Shown one piece after another: positions 44,564 through 53,669 of a stretch of 64,000 nt of DNA (position 1 is its first letter; the number at the start of each line of letters is the position of its first letter). The position numbers and the translations under genes were made by a program. Origin of the DNA: Bacillota bacterium (lineage in GTDB: Bacteria > Bacillota > Clostridia > Christensenellales > UBA1242); the NCBI GenBank assembly GCA_009780065.1, contig WRAS01000002.1:73916-137915 (forward strand). Direction: 5' to 3'. A model generated the notes under the pieces. The model saw nothing but the letters and a program-made list of their open reading frames with translations. It did no database searches and was not told the origin of the DNA.

Positions 44564-45676
44564 TTAATTATTGCCGTCAAATAATTCAATATATTTTTGT
44601 TCGGCATCGTCTGTTAGGTGGGTATAAACCGCCTTTGTCATCCGTGAGCCTTTGGCGTGTCCGCACCATGACTGGGTTGTGAGTTCTTCGACTCCACGTT
44701 CGTGACATCTTGTTATAAACGTGTGCCTTAACTCGTGAATTGTTATGCGAGGAAGTCCATTATCTTTACAAAGTTTTTCAAGCCTTTTTGACAACATAGC
44801 GGAACGATATTTTTGATAGATTCGTTCGTGTGGATCTTTGTCCTTGTGTCGCAACAATAACTCTCTCGTCAACTTGAACATGGGCATTGTGCGTAGACTA
44901 TCGGCATTTTTGACTTGCAAATCATCTGGGTGGGTTTCGTCATAACTTTCATCAATTCGCAACGTGTTTTTTGTAAAGCACAAATCGTTGGGTCTTATGG
45001 CAAGCATTTCACCTTTTCGCAAACCTTGCAAACAACAAATCAATAGTGGCTCGTATTTGTCAAGGTTTCCCATGCAAGCGGATATAAATATCTTTTCATG
45101 GGCTTCGGTGAGTGCTTTTTTCTCATGCTTTGCAACTCGTTTAGGAATTTGGAAATTGCTTGTGGGATTTACTTCGATAAGTCGATTATTGAACGCAACC
45201 AAGAACATTTGTTGTGCAAGGTTGCAGACTGGTATTCTCATGCCCTGTGCGGTGTTCCCATCGTAGATAATTTTGGATAACATCAAACTTGTTATATCGT
45301 TGATAGATATATCGTGCAAAGAATGAAACGGCTTGAATGACTTTATGAAACTGTCTATTGTTGCTTGTCGCACCCTGCCAACCTTGTATGAGTTCAGCCA
45401 CTCGTCAAACCACTCTTTTAATGTGTATGGCTTTTTCGCTTTGCTCTCTGCTCGTTGCATTTGTGCGACTGGAACGTGGATATTCAATTTTTGCAAATAT
45501 CTTTCGGCACTTGCATTTTGCTTTTCCTGTTCCACTCGGTCAACGACTAACTTCAATTTATCGTAGCAATCTAATTTTGTCCTGCCGTAAACCGAAATCA
45601 CCTTTTCGCCAAACCTAACACGTGCAAACCAATTTCCACGAATGTGTTTTCTAATTGTCTTTCCTTGATATGTCAT
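44564..45676 (-). CDS. tyrosine recombinase/integrase
   Basis: Motifs GLRKGEMLAIRPNDL and ITIHELRHTFITRCHERGVEELTTQSWCGHAKGSRMTKAVYTH. Confidence 0.9.
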   Translation of the reverse strand: MTYQGKTIRKHIRGNWFARVRFGEKVISVYGRTKLDCYDKLKLVVDRVEQEKQNASAERYLQKLNIHVPVAQMQRAESKAKKPYTLKEWFDEWLNSYKVGRVRQATIDSFIKSFKPFHSLHDISINDITSLMLSKIIYDGNTAQGMRIPVCNLAQQMFLVAFNNRLIEVNPTSNFQIPKRVAKHEKKALTEAHEKIFISACMGNLDKYEPLLICCLQGLRKGEMLAIRPNDLCFTKNTLRIDESYDETHPDDLQVKNADSLRTMPMFKLTRELLLRHKDKDPHERIYQKYRSAMLSKRLEKLCKDNGLPRITIHELRHTFITRCHERGVEELTTQSWCGHAKGSRMTKAVYTHLTDDAEQKYIELFDGNN

Positions 45677-45841
45677 ATTTTCATTTCAATTTAAGACGCA
45701 GTTTTTGTTTCACACACCTCCTTTTTTTTGTGAGTTTCTCACTACAACAGTATACCATCTTTAGGCGTCGCAGGCAAGGGCAAAAATCGTTCGACAAATT
45801 ATTCACTTCCCAATTTCGCCAAAATACGCTACATTATTTAT

Positions 45842-47101
45842 GTGAGTGAAAATGACAAAGATGTAAACCCATACGGCAAAGGGAGCAGGGGCAAATTCAC
45901 TATTGCCAACCCTTTTATAACCGATGAGATGAAATTGATTATTGTGGACTTGGATAACTTGACTGACGAACAAAAAGCCATGCCACGACAAGCACATGAC
46001 TGGTCTTTTGCCAAACAGCCACACCTTGCACATTTCTTTGTTTTCCACTGGTGCGAATACACAAAGAACGCCGTGCCTAATGACGAGTCAACTGCATTTC
46101 AAACAATCGGTGAACGTGCATTTTTTGTTGATTACGAGTCCGCACAAAATTATTTCAAATACCTACATGAAAATCACTTTGTCGAGTATGTTTGCTTTCA
46201 ATATGAAAAGGGCGATAAAACTGGACTCCTGCACCTGCAAGGTTTCATGCGATATAAAAAGATTATGTTCCCAAACAAGGTGCGTGTAATTTTCCCAACC
46301 ATGTCATTAAAACAATGTGGTATGCAATCTAATCAAGAGTGCCGTGCCTATTGTTGCAAAGAGGAAACAAAGGTTGACGGCTTTGACTTTTTCGAGTGGG
46401 GCAATTTCACCAAGATAGGACAACGCAACGACCTTGTGCGACTTATCCAAGCCATTAAAGATGATATGCCATATGAACAACTGCTTGAAAATTTCCCATA
46501 TCAAATGATGAACATGGGTGACAAGGTTGAAAAAACTCGGCAAAATCTTATCCGTGAAAAATTCAAAAATGTTGAACGTGAAATACACGTCACATATATT
46601 TATGGTGTAGAGGGAACGGGAAAAACGACATTCCCATATCGTGTGTTGGGTTTACAATATCAAGATGTATTCAAAGTTTCCAACTATAAACATAGTGGGA
46701 AATATGATAATTACAAGTGCCAAGACGTTATCCTGTTTGACGAATTTCACGGACAAATTGATATAACCGAAATGAACGATATGCTTAATGGTCAGCCGTA
46801 TGACTTCCCATGCCGTTATAACGATAGGTCGGCTTGTTTTACCAAAGCAATTTTCACGTCAAACTATCCAATGGAAGAGGCTTATAAAAATGAAATCGAC
46901 AAAGGCAAAATGCGTTCTTTCAAGGGGTTTCAACGCAGGGTCACGGAAATTATTTATATGCCCGAACGTAATCACTATATATGGCAACTGGGTAGACCAA
47001 GTGACGAAATCATAGACAATTTGAAATCGCAAGGTGCTAAAATTAAATTGCCCCCACAAGAAATTACACAGGGCGAAATTGACATTGCGGAGGTGTTTTA
47101 A
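45842..47101 (+). CDS. replication initiator: HUH endonuclease plus SF3 helicase (CRESS-DNA-virus/pCRESS-plasmid-type Rep)
   Basis: Motif II GLLHLQGF, motif III ECRAYCCKE, Walker A YGVEGTGKTT, Walker B VILFDEF, motif C FTSN. Overall collinear with circovirus Rep. GTG start. Confidence 0.85.
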   Translation: MSENDKDVNPYGKGSRGKFTIANPFITDEMKLIIVDLDNLTDEQKAMPRQAHDWSFAKQPHLAHFFVFHWCEYTKNAVPNDESTAFQTIGERAFFVDYESAQNYFKYLHENHFVEYVCFQYEKGDKTGLLHLQGFMRYKKIMFPNKVRVIFPTMSLKQCGMQSNQECRAYCCKEETKVDGFDFFEWGNFTKIGQRNDLVRLIQAIKDDMPYEQLLENFPYQMMNMGDKVEKTRQNLIREKFKNVEREIHVTYIYGVEGTGKTTFPYRVLGLQYQDVFKVSNYKHSGKYDNYKCQDVILFDEFHGQIDITEMNDMLNGQPYDFPCRYNDRSACFTKAIFTSNYPMEEAYKNEIDKGKMRSFKGFQRRVTEIIYMPERNHYIWQLGRPSDEIIDNLKSQGAKIKLPPQEITQGEIDIAEVF

Positions 47102-47760
47102 TGGACAACATGAAATTGATAATTCTCAAAGACGATAGATTCAAAAAAGTGCTTGACGGCTCTATGTCCGTTTGGCTCACTCTAAACGATGACTTTGCAA
47201 AGTCAATAGAAATTGACGAGGTGTTGCGTGTTCTTAACGACAACACAAACGAAACTTGCTATATCCGTTGTGTTGGCTTTCACGTCTATTCGTCATTCGA
47301 GGAACTCTATAACAAGGTTGACAAAAACACTCTCGGTTATGACGGAACGGACAAGGAAAATATTGCTCTAATCAAAGACCAAATGTTTTGTCAATGTTCG
47401 CCCGAACAAGAAAAAAAATATGGTGTGCGTGGGATAATTTTTGAATACAATCCCGAATATAAAACCATAGCAGAAATGACAGAGGAAGAGGGGCAAGCCT
47501 TTCTTAAAAAAATATTCTCTACACTAAAAAAAGAACAAAACACATTATATCGTGCCATGCAAAAAGCAGACGAAACCGCACACGGACTCACGGAACTAGT
47601 CAAGGTAAGTCCACCATTTTATTTTGCAAGCACTGACGAGGCAAACAACGACAACCTAAAACATGAATTGAATTACACAATCGGCAAATTACAAGACCTA
47701 CTTGACACTATTCAAGACTGGGAAAACAAATTAAAATTCCCCACATCAAAAAAGTATTGA
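47101..47760 (+). CDS. ASCH-like domain protein with a helical C-terminal half
   Basis: The N-terminus IILKDDRFKKVLDGSMSVWLTLND...IRCVGFHVYSSFEELY resembles ASCH/PUA-like domains. Overlaps the Rep stop codon. Confidence 0.45.
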   Translation: MDNMKLIILKDDRFKKVLDGSMSVWLTLNDDFAKSIEIDEVLRVLNDNTNETCYIRCVGFHVYSSFEELYNKVDKNTLGYDGTDKENIALIKDQMFCQCSPEQEKKYGVRGIIFEYNPEYKTIAEMTEEEGQAFLKKIFSTLKKEQNTLYRAMQKADETAHGLTELVKVSPPFYFASTDEANNDNLKHELNYTIGKLQDLLDTIQDWENKLKFPTSKKY

Positions 47761-47773
47761 CATGGTGGTGTGC

Positions 47774-47911
47774 TTGCTTTGCGTTTCCCTCTCGCCGTAA
47801 AATAACCTGCACAACCGCAAAAACTTTGCAAGGGCGGAACGTGCATTTTACCCTTGCAAAGTTTTTGTGCGTTGTGCCACAAACAAAAGGCGAGAGGAAA
47901 CGACAAAGCAA
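47774..47911. repeat. ~140 nt compound imperfect hairpin (candidate origin or bidirectional terminator)
   Basis: Outer arms 47774-47796 and 47889-47911. Inner arms 47809-47834 and 47851-47877 (7 + 16 bp). 16 nt apical loop CGGAACGTGCATTTTA. Confidence 0.6.
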
Positions 47912-47976
47912 CACAGGCACAAAACACCGCATACCCACCCAAGCCAAAACCGTTTCCCTTGAGCCGAGAAAAAAAA

Positions 47977-49242
47977 TCACATTTCTTTTATTTCTTCTTT
48001 TGGGTAGGTGTTGCCACCATAACCGCCATAGCCTTTTATGTTCATACCCTTAAACAATTCGTCATCTGTTTCTTGATTGTTGCTTTTATCTAAAAATTGT
48101 TCCCCCATTATGACTTTGCCTGCCATGTCAATAATTGGTACTTGGTGCATTTCGCTAGCCTGTTGAACTAATTGCATTAACTCTGGGCTATGGTCAACAT
48201 CACTTACTTGTAATGCAATAACATTTTTTAGGGGCATGCCACTAGGTATAGCCACCCAATAGGGTTTATCTTTGGCAATTCCGTCTGCGTTTCCTGCTAT
48301 CCCTAATAGCCTTTGTGGTGTTTCTCCGTCTTGTTTTGGTGCTGACCAGTCATAAAGTTTTGATAAAAATTGCTTTTCATCTTGTGAGTATATGTCCATA
48401 TTGCCACTTTCTTTGTTTCGTGCATATCGCCACAAATCCATTTTGGCTAACTTTTCAATGGCTGGTGTTTGTGGGTCAATTATATATGTCATCTTTGGGT
48501 GTTTCTTTTTCTCACCGCCTGTGTGTAATTTAATTAGCACCTTGCCGTCAACTTCTTTTTCTTGTTCTTTTTGTTTTTCATGTTCTTCAAGGTCAAGTAT
48601 ATTTCCTTTGCCTTTATAGAACGAAGCACAAAAACGACATTCCCCATAACTTTCCATTTTCCCAAACCATTCGGAAGCGATAATACCCAAGTCATTTCGT
48701 GCTTCTAAACTTTCTTTGTTTGCTAGTGGTATGTTGTGAAGAAGTAAAGGTCTTTCCCCAAAATCTGCTTTTCCATTTTTTGCTTGTATGGGCTGTGGCT
48801 TTACTTGTTCATTTTTTGCATTTTCATACAAACTTTCAAGTTGTTCAAACATGGGTGCATACTCTTGGTGTATTTGATTTTTAACATTGTCCATATAGGT
48901 TTGGAATTTAGCACCAAATGTTTTTTCTGCAACTTCATAAAGTTTGTGCCATCTTTTTTCTTGTGGCAAGCCAACTATACTTCCGTCCTCGCCTCGATGA
49001 CTATCTAAGAATTGATTATATTCGGGATTATTATCTATAAAATCGTTAAACCCTTCATCTCTTTCGTTATTGTTGTTGCCAAAAAAAGAATATACTAAAT
49101 TCATCTTTGTTTTTGGGTCATTGAATATGTTGGATATACTACCTGTGAAAACATAGTTGTTTGTATCTATCCCTGCGTTCATCAAACTTCCACCTGTGTT
49201 TCCCAAGTTTGCACCTGTGGCAATTTTATATTGTTTTTGCAT
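47977..49242 (-). CDS. hypothetical 421 aa protein (element cargo, antisense to Rep)
   Basis: Long uninterrupted ORF with no motif recognised. Confidence 0.6.
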   Translation of the reverse strand: MQKQYKIATGANLGNTGGSLMNAGIDTNNYVFTGSISNIFNDPKTKMNLVYSFFGNNNNERDEGFNDFIDNNPEYNQFLDSHRGEDGSIVGLPQEKRWHKLYEVAEKTFGAKFQTYMDNVKNQIHQEYAPMFEQLESLYENAKNEQVKPQPIQAKNGKADFGERPLLLHNIPLANKESLEARNDLGIIASEWFGKMESYGECRFCASFYKGKGNILDLEEHEKQKEQEKEVDGKVLIKLHTGGEKKKHPKMTYIIDPQTPAIEKLAKMDLWRYARNKESGNMDIYSQDEKQFLSKLYDWSAPKQDGETPQRLLGIAGNADGIAKDKPYWVAIPSGMPLKNVIALQVSDVDHSPELMQLVQQASEMHQVPIIDMAGKVIMGEQFLDKSNNQETDDELFKGMNIKGYGGYGGNTYPKEEIKEM

Positions 49243-49341
49243 GAGCTTAGTATATCAAAAATATGAGGCTGTGTACATTGATATTGCGTGTGCAAAATCG
49301 AGTGTGTTGTCGTAAAAAATGGCAAGGTACAAAAACTGCTT

Positions 49342-49403
49342 GGCAGGGCGGGTTTTTCGGCGAGTGCTTGCACCGCCGAAAACCGCCCCAGTTTTGGTCT
49401 GCC
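49342..49403. repeat. second GC-rich hairpin of the Rep element
   Basis: GGGCGGGTTTTTCGGCG (49346-49362) pairs with CGCCGAAAACCGCCCC (49374-49389), extended by GGCAG/CTGCC. It shares the motif AAAAACT..TGC.AGGGCGG with the 47.8 kb hairpin. Confidence 0.5.
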
Positions 49404-49588
49404 ATTTTAGGCAACACCGATTGCAACCAATACAAACAAAAACGAACCTTGTCGGCTCGTTCCTGCAAACTGCGTTCTTAAATTTCAAACTCCTTTTGCT
49501 TAAAATTTTTTTGCGTTCCCATTGTGTGTGAAACTGTGAGTGAACTCGTGAGTGTTTCGCCACAAATTACCCAATTTATCCGTATTTC

Positions 49589-50053
49589 CTACCTTTTGAT
49601 TGCGGTTGGTAAAGAGTTGTGCTTTTCTTTCTTTTTCTTGTTAGATCTGTAATAAAAGGGAAAGTCGAATGGAAACACATTTACTAAACTCTTCTCAGCT
49701 GGGAATATTATCATACTGTCGCTTAACCTAATCTCACCATCAAACTTTTCCGACACTATAAAATTTAGTGGGATTAAAAGCATGATTGGTTCTTGTGCCT
49801 CATCAAACTTTTCTTTTACAGCTTTCATAAATTCAGCAAAAATCTGTCCTTCAAATTCCCCAGACTTTGTCAACGCAATCAACATATCCTGAAATCTCCC
49901 ATCCAAGTAATAATTAGACATCATTTCAGCGTTTCTATAAATTTCTCTGACTACATCAACATGCTCACCCATAACATCACAATCATAGACAACCCTCTGG
50001 TTATTTCGTGCTGCTCGTAGAAATCTTTGAAATTTCATCTCACACAAACTCAT
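49589..50053 (-). CDS. hypothetical protein (third gene of the unknown trio)
   Basis: 154-codon ORF starting 10 nt after the stop of the preceding gene. Confidence 0.55.
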   Translation of the reverse strand: MSLCEMKFQRFLRAARNNQRVVYDCDVMGEHVDVVREIYRNAEMMSNYYLDGRFQDMLIALTKSGEFEGQIFAEFMKAVKEKFDEAQEPIMLLIPLNFIVSEKFDGEIRLSDSMIIFPAEKSLVNVFPFDFPFYYRSNKKKKEKHNSLPTAIKR

Positions 50054-50063
50054 TCATCCCCCT

Positions 50064-50849
50064 TTAGTAAAAACTTTGCCTTGTAAGAGCCCTAAAAAAA
50101 CTACCATCTATTTCACTCAATTTGTCAAGGATGTCTTCTTGCCTTAACTCGGAAACAAATTCTCCGATTATTTTAGTTTTGCCAGTTTGCGTCAGAAGTT
50201 TAACATGTCTATAGAAACCAAAAAGTGATACATGAGAAAAATCGCAACCAGAATCGAAATGGAAATTGACGTAAGGGAACATCCCTGGAATCCAAATATC
50301 TGTTAAATCACAAGAGTTAAAACTCTTGGAACGAGTCAATCTTGGCAAAGTCTTGTATGGATTGTCTGAGCCAAAATACTTCGCATAAATTGCAAATAGT
50401 TTTTCAAGTTCATTGTAAGTTAGACCAAAACAAGCACGTGTGAGCACCTCACATTCTTTTCCAGTATCATCAACGACTTCATAATACACATTTGTCGCGG
50501 TTGGGAATCTAACCCTAAACTTGTCTAAATATTTGAATTTCTCAGATTCGTTATAACTGTCGCCAACAAAATTGTCTAAGACTACACAGCCATCCCTTAT
50601 CCTGGCGAAGCCTTTAATCTTTGCCTTAATCGCCGAGGGTTTCATGTTTTCGAAATAATATGGCCATACGCCAAGCGGCATAGCATCCCTTTCTTTCAAG
50701 ATTGTACCACAAAAGAAATATGCCTCACCTCTTTCCGAAAGATATATTGCAGTGTCGATTATCCTACTTGGAATAACAATGTCCTTGGCAACTACTGATT
50801 TGATCTCGACTTCGCTAAAAAGTTTTTTAAGTTTTTCCCACCTTTTCAT
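50064..50849 (-). CDS. hypothetical protein (second gene of the unknown trio)
   Basis: 261-codon ORF with a 4 nt overlap with the upstream gene. Confidence 0.6.
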   Translation of the reverse strand: MKRWEKLKKLFSEVEIKSVVAKDIVIPSRIIDTAIYLSERGEAYFFCGTILKERDAMPLGVWPYYFENMKPSAIKAKIKGFARIRDGCVVLDNFVGDSYNESEKFKYLDKFRVRFPTATNVYYEVVDDTGKECEVLTRACFGLTYNELEKLFAIYAKYFGSDNPYKTLPRLTRSKSFNSCDLTDIWIPGMFPYVNFHFDSGCDFSHVSLFGFYRHVKLLTQTGKTKIIGEFVSELRQEDILDKLSEIDGSFFRALTRQSFY

Positions 50850-51370
50850 TTCAAACTTCCCCTCCTTACTGAAACCGAGTATCGCACTGGCTTGCCATCC
50901 ATGCTGTGCCCACCACCGTAACTAGACTTCGCCATATCCCATCCTTTTTGTTGGTTTAGATCTCTGGCGATTTTTTTGATATTATTAATATCCAATTTAC
51001 AACCACAGTTAAAATATAAATCCACGCTTACCCATGCGGATTGCCCATCGTCGATTGAACCAAAATTCCAAGAAATGTCATGTATGTGGTCGTCCTCTCT
51101 GGGGATATCAAAAGCATCTGCGAACGCATTCAGGTCATCAATTAAAAACAAGTCACTCCTATATTGCCATGGCCACACAGCATAAATTTTGCTTTTATCT
51201 GAAGTTGCATTAGAATGCGCAGTTTCCATTGACTGCTTATCCAGTTGTTTCACATTGCCAAGAGAATCAACTTCAAAATAACACACTGTTGATGAGGTGT
51301 ATGGAAATGTTTCGCTGTTTTTCGCGCTTCTCATTAAATTAATTCTAACACATTCCAACCATGGATACAA
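50846..51370 (-). CDS. hypothetical protein (first gene of the unknown trio; start uncertain, TTG at 51370 or ATG at 51334)
   Basis: 174-codon ORF with no motif. Confidence 0.5.
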   Translation of the reverse strand: MYPWLECVRINLMRSAKNSETFPYTSSTVCYFEVDSLGNVKQLDKQSMETAHSNATSDKSKIYAVWPWQYRSDLFLIDDLNAFADAFDIPREDDHIHDISWNFGSIDDGQSAWVSVDLYFNCGCKLDINNIKKIARDLNQQKGWDMAKSSYGGGHSMDGKPVRYSVSVRRGSLK

Positions 51371-51450
51371 TATTTATCCCACGGACAGGAATTGAACACC
51401 GCCACCGCAAAAAATTTTCTTTCATTTTTTGGCACTTTTTCTTCCATATT

Positions 51451-52375
51451 CTAACTTTCCAATTTTCGGCGCATTTTCAGCAATCCTAACGACAATGCAG
51501 TAATTGAATCATTTTTCTCCAACCTCAAGCGCGAGGAATTGAACTCTAACAATTTCGAATTTCTCGATGACATAAAATTTGCGTCGACGATTATATTAAA
51601 CACTACAATAGTTACAAAGCACATCGCACCCTCAAAAACAAAACTTCCAACCAGTTCTATGCCGAACATCTGGATGGGAGTTGCTAACGGACAGTCCTTT
51701 AAGATATGGTATAAGACTTATTACCACGTCAAACAAAATGTTGCCGCAGTTCTCAGCCGTTACTATCAAGTACTCTTGGTCAAAAATGATTGTCTTCGGC
51801 ACGCTTCCGTAAAACTTGAATGACCTATCCATTGCTTCCACAAACGCTTTTGTTGCAAACGGTTCGTGTCTAACTTCGAAGTACTTTTGCCTACTGAACA
51901 TCAACACGATCGCATAAAAGTAAACTTTCACTTTCTCGCCAAACATGTCACGCAATGTTATCTCACCAAAGTCTACCTGAGCCCACTCTCCTGGTTTGGT
52001 GTCGCCCACCGCCTCAAACTCGCGCTTACGCTGTTCGAGCGCCAACCCAGCATGTTCCTCCCGCAACTTGTTCATGTATCTATAAAACGCGCTAACACTT
52101 GGCTTAAAACTTTCATCTTGTGCCCTGATTTTGTCAAGTAAGATACTATTCCTTGTCCTCGGGTTTTTCTCCAATTCATCAAGCAGGAACTTCCGCCACC
52201 GCTCGATTTCGTCATTTCTTCTGCCCGAATCTGCATCGCGGAATTCATCCTCAGTGTAGTCCCAATATTTCCTAACACTCCACTGTTTGAGCCCACTCGC
52301 CTTAACTGCTTGCTGCCTACTCAGTCCCTCGTCTTTCAATCTCTGTATCAAAATGTAATCTTTAAATTTTATCAT
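51451..52375 (-). pseudogene. decayed DDE (IS21/rve-like) transposase
   Basis: HTH QRLKDEGLSRQQAVKASGL. DDE-core segment GEWAQVDFGEITL...YFYAIVLMFSRQKYF...TIIFDQE. The reading frame then breaks (51632-51669) and only a short out-of-frame ORF continues. Confidence 0.55.
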
Positions 52376-52508
52376 TTTTTGTTTCTCCTTTTTCAATGTC
52401 GAAACAAAAATCAAAAAATCATTCTGCAGCGCTTTTATCTTTCTCGTTCCACCTCCTTCTAAAAACGGGAGCACTCGCCCCCGCATAAAGTTTAACATTA
52501 ATTTGCAA

Positions 52509-53012
52509 TCATTGAAAAGCTGTATCGGGATAATCTTGTCCCACTTGTGACGGTGTAAATTGCTTTACAACTCCATCGTCGCTCACCGAAAAAATGTGAA
52601 TGCATAATGTCATGGCGATTTGCCGTGGGATTCGACGCAACGCAACTTTCGCCGCAATCCATGGTAATCCCAATCCGTACTTATACGCATGATTTGTCGT
52701 CCCTTTGTTCGCACCACTTTGAATAGTTCGCGGTGTGTTCATACGAGTGACCAACTGACCAAGAGCATGAATCCATCCCTCTTTGTTTGACGATCGCGCT
52801 GCCGATGGCGCTTCTGACTTTCCTTTGCATTCAATTATAAACTTTTCACTCTTTCTATTCCCGCCAATCAGAATTAAATCCGCTCCACGTCCACGTAGCC
52901 CTGCTTCTCTTGCCAGATCTTCATGCCAATTGCCGCGCTCTTTTGCGATAAGAAAATCACGCACGCGTTTTACAACTTCAGTTTCCGTTAATCTCAAGTG
53001 TTCAAATTCCAT
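52509..53012 (-). CDS. PD-(D/E)xK-type nuclease-like protein
   Basis: GADLILIGGNRKSEKFIIECKGK gives a D...E-x-K arrangement on a beta-strand pattern. It starts 18 nt downstream of the CFRNGP-family gene. Confidence 0.5.
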   Translation of the reverse strand: MEFEHLRLTETEVVKRVRDFLIAKERGNWHEDLAREAGLRGRGADLILIGGNRKSEKFIIECKGKSEAPSAARSSNKEGWIHALGQLVTRMNTPRTIQSGANKGTTNHAYKYGLGLPWIAAKVALRRIPRQIAMTLCIHIFSVSDDGVVKQFTPSQVGQDYPDTAFQ

Positions 53013-53030
53013 GAGTGATTATAGCATGCA

Positions 53031-53465
53031 TTACTGTACTTTCTCTTCAAATTCATCAGAGTTCATACTGTTTATAAGTTTGCAAACTTGAGCATTTGTC
53101 ATTTGCGCAAATTCGCCAGCATCAAACTCAGGCTTGTCCCAATCCGTGCCAGCCATCATAATCCCAGCTTGAACTATCGACCTAAGCCTATCAGTGTCAC
53201 CATCTTCTATTAGTTTGAAAAAACTATAAATCCTGTTCACGCAAAATTTATTCAGCTCCTCCATTCTCGCTTCGGTAAGCCTCTGCCCTTTGGCATGAAT
53301 GTCCTCGATTGGACCGTTTCTGAAACAAAAATGTGCCAAGCCAAAGGCTACATTTTCCAATCCGAACTCTTTGAATATTGTTGAGTTTTTAACCGCTGCG
53401 GAAATCTCTACTTTGTATTCATTATTAAGCCTCTCCATTACTTTTGCAAAAAGGTCCTCTCGCAT
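53031..53465 (-). CDS. small all-alpha protein, CFRNGPxEDxH family (paralog of 41579-41965)
   Basis: See the alignment given for 41579-41965. By eye, roughly 40-45 percent identity over ~80 aa. Confidence 0.6.
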   Translation of the reverse strand: MREDLFAKVMERLNNEYKVEISAAVKNSTIFKEFGLENVAFGLAHFCFRNGPIEDIHAKGQRLTEARMEELNKFCVNRIYSFFKLIEDGDTDRLRSIVQAGIMMAGTDWDKPEFDAGEFAQMTNAQVCKLINSMNSDEFEEKVQ

Positions 53466-53669
53466 TTAACTTGTTAATTCCAATCACAAAATTCTCCTTG
53501 CAATAAGGTTAACCTCACTCACAAGAACATCTTTGCCAAACCTTGCGGTTATTTGTCTTCTTTTGTTGAATTAAAAATTAATTTAGCGCAAAAAGCTAAA
53601 AAAGCGTAATGCAACTACAACAATGTTAGGATGCTATTTTTAATAAAGTAAAGCAGTTACTTGTTACTT

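Larger units (their letters stand above)
44544..49538. mobile_element. ~5 kb integrative element encoding a tyrosine integrase and a circovirus-type HUH-SF3 Rep
   Basis: An 11 bp direct repeat GTGAAACTGTG (44544-44554 and 49528-49538) is embedded in arrays of GTG(A/T)GTGAAAC units. The integrase stop abuts the left repeat. The element interrupts a run of minus-strand defence-type genes. Confidence 0.55.

Noticed and set aside
47708-48093. Four overlapping 76-98 aa ORFs in both strands
   Set aside because: They coincide with the GC-rich compound hairpin. The stop-poor sequence is due to composition and symmetry, not coding.
49182-49563. Five overlapping 63-102 aa ORFs in both strands
   Set aside because: The same situation applies around the second hairpin and the att-proximal repeats of the Rep element. 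No RBS and no coherent protein-like sequence.
51539-52141. Plus-strand ORFs inside the transposase remnant
   Set aside because: They are antisense to a recognisable DDE transposase reading frame.
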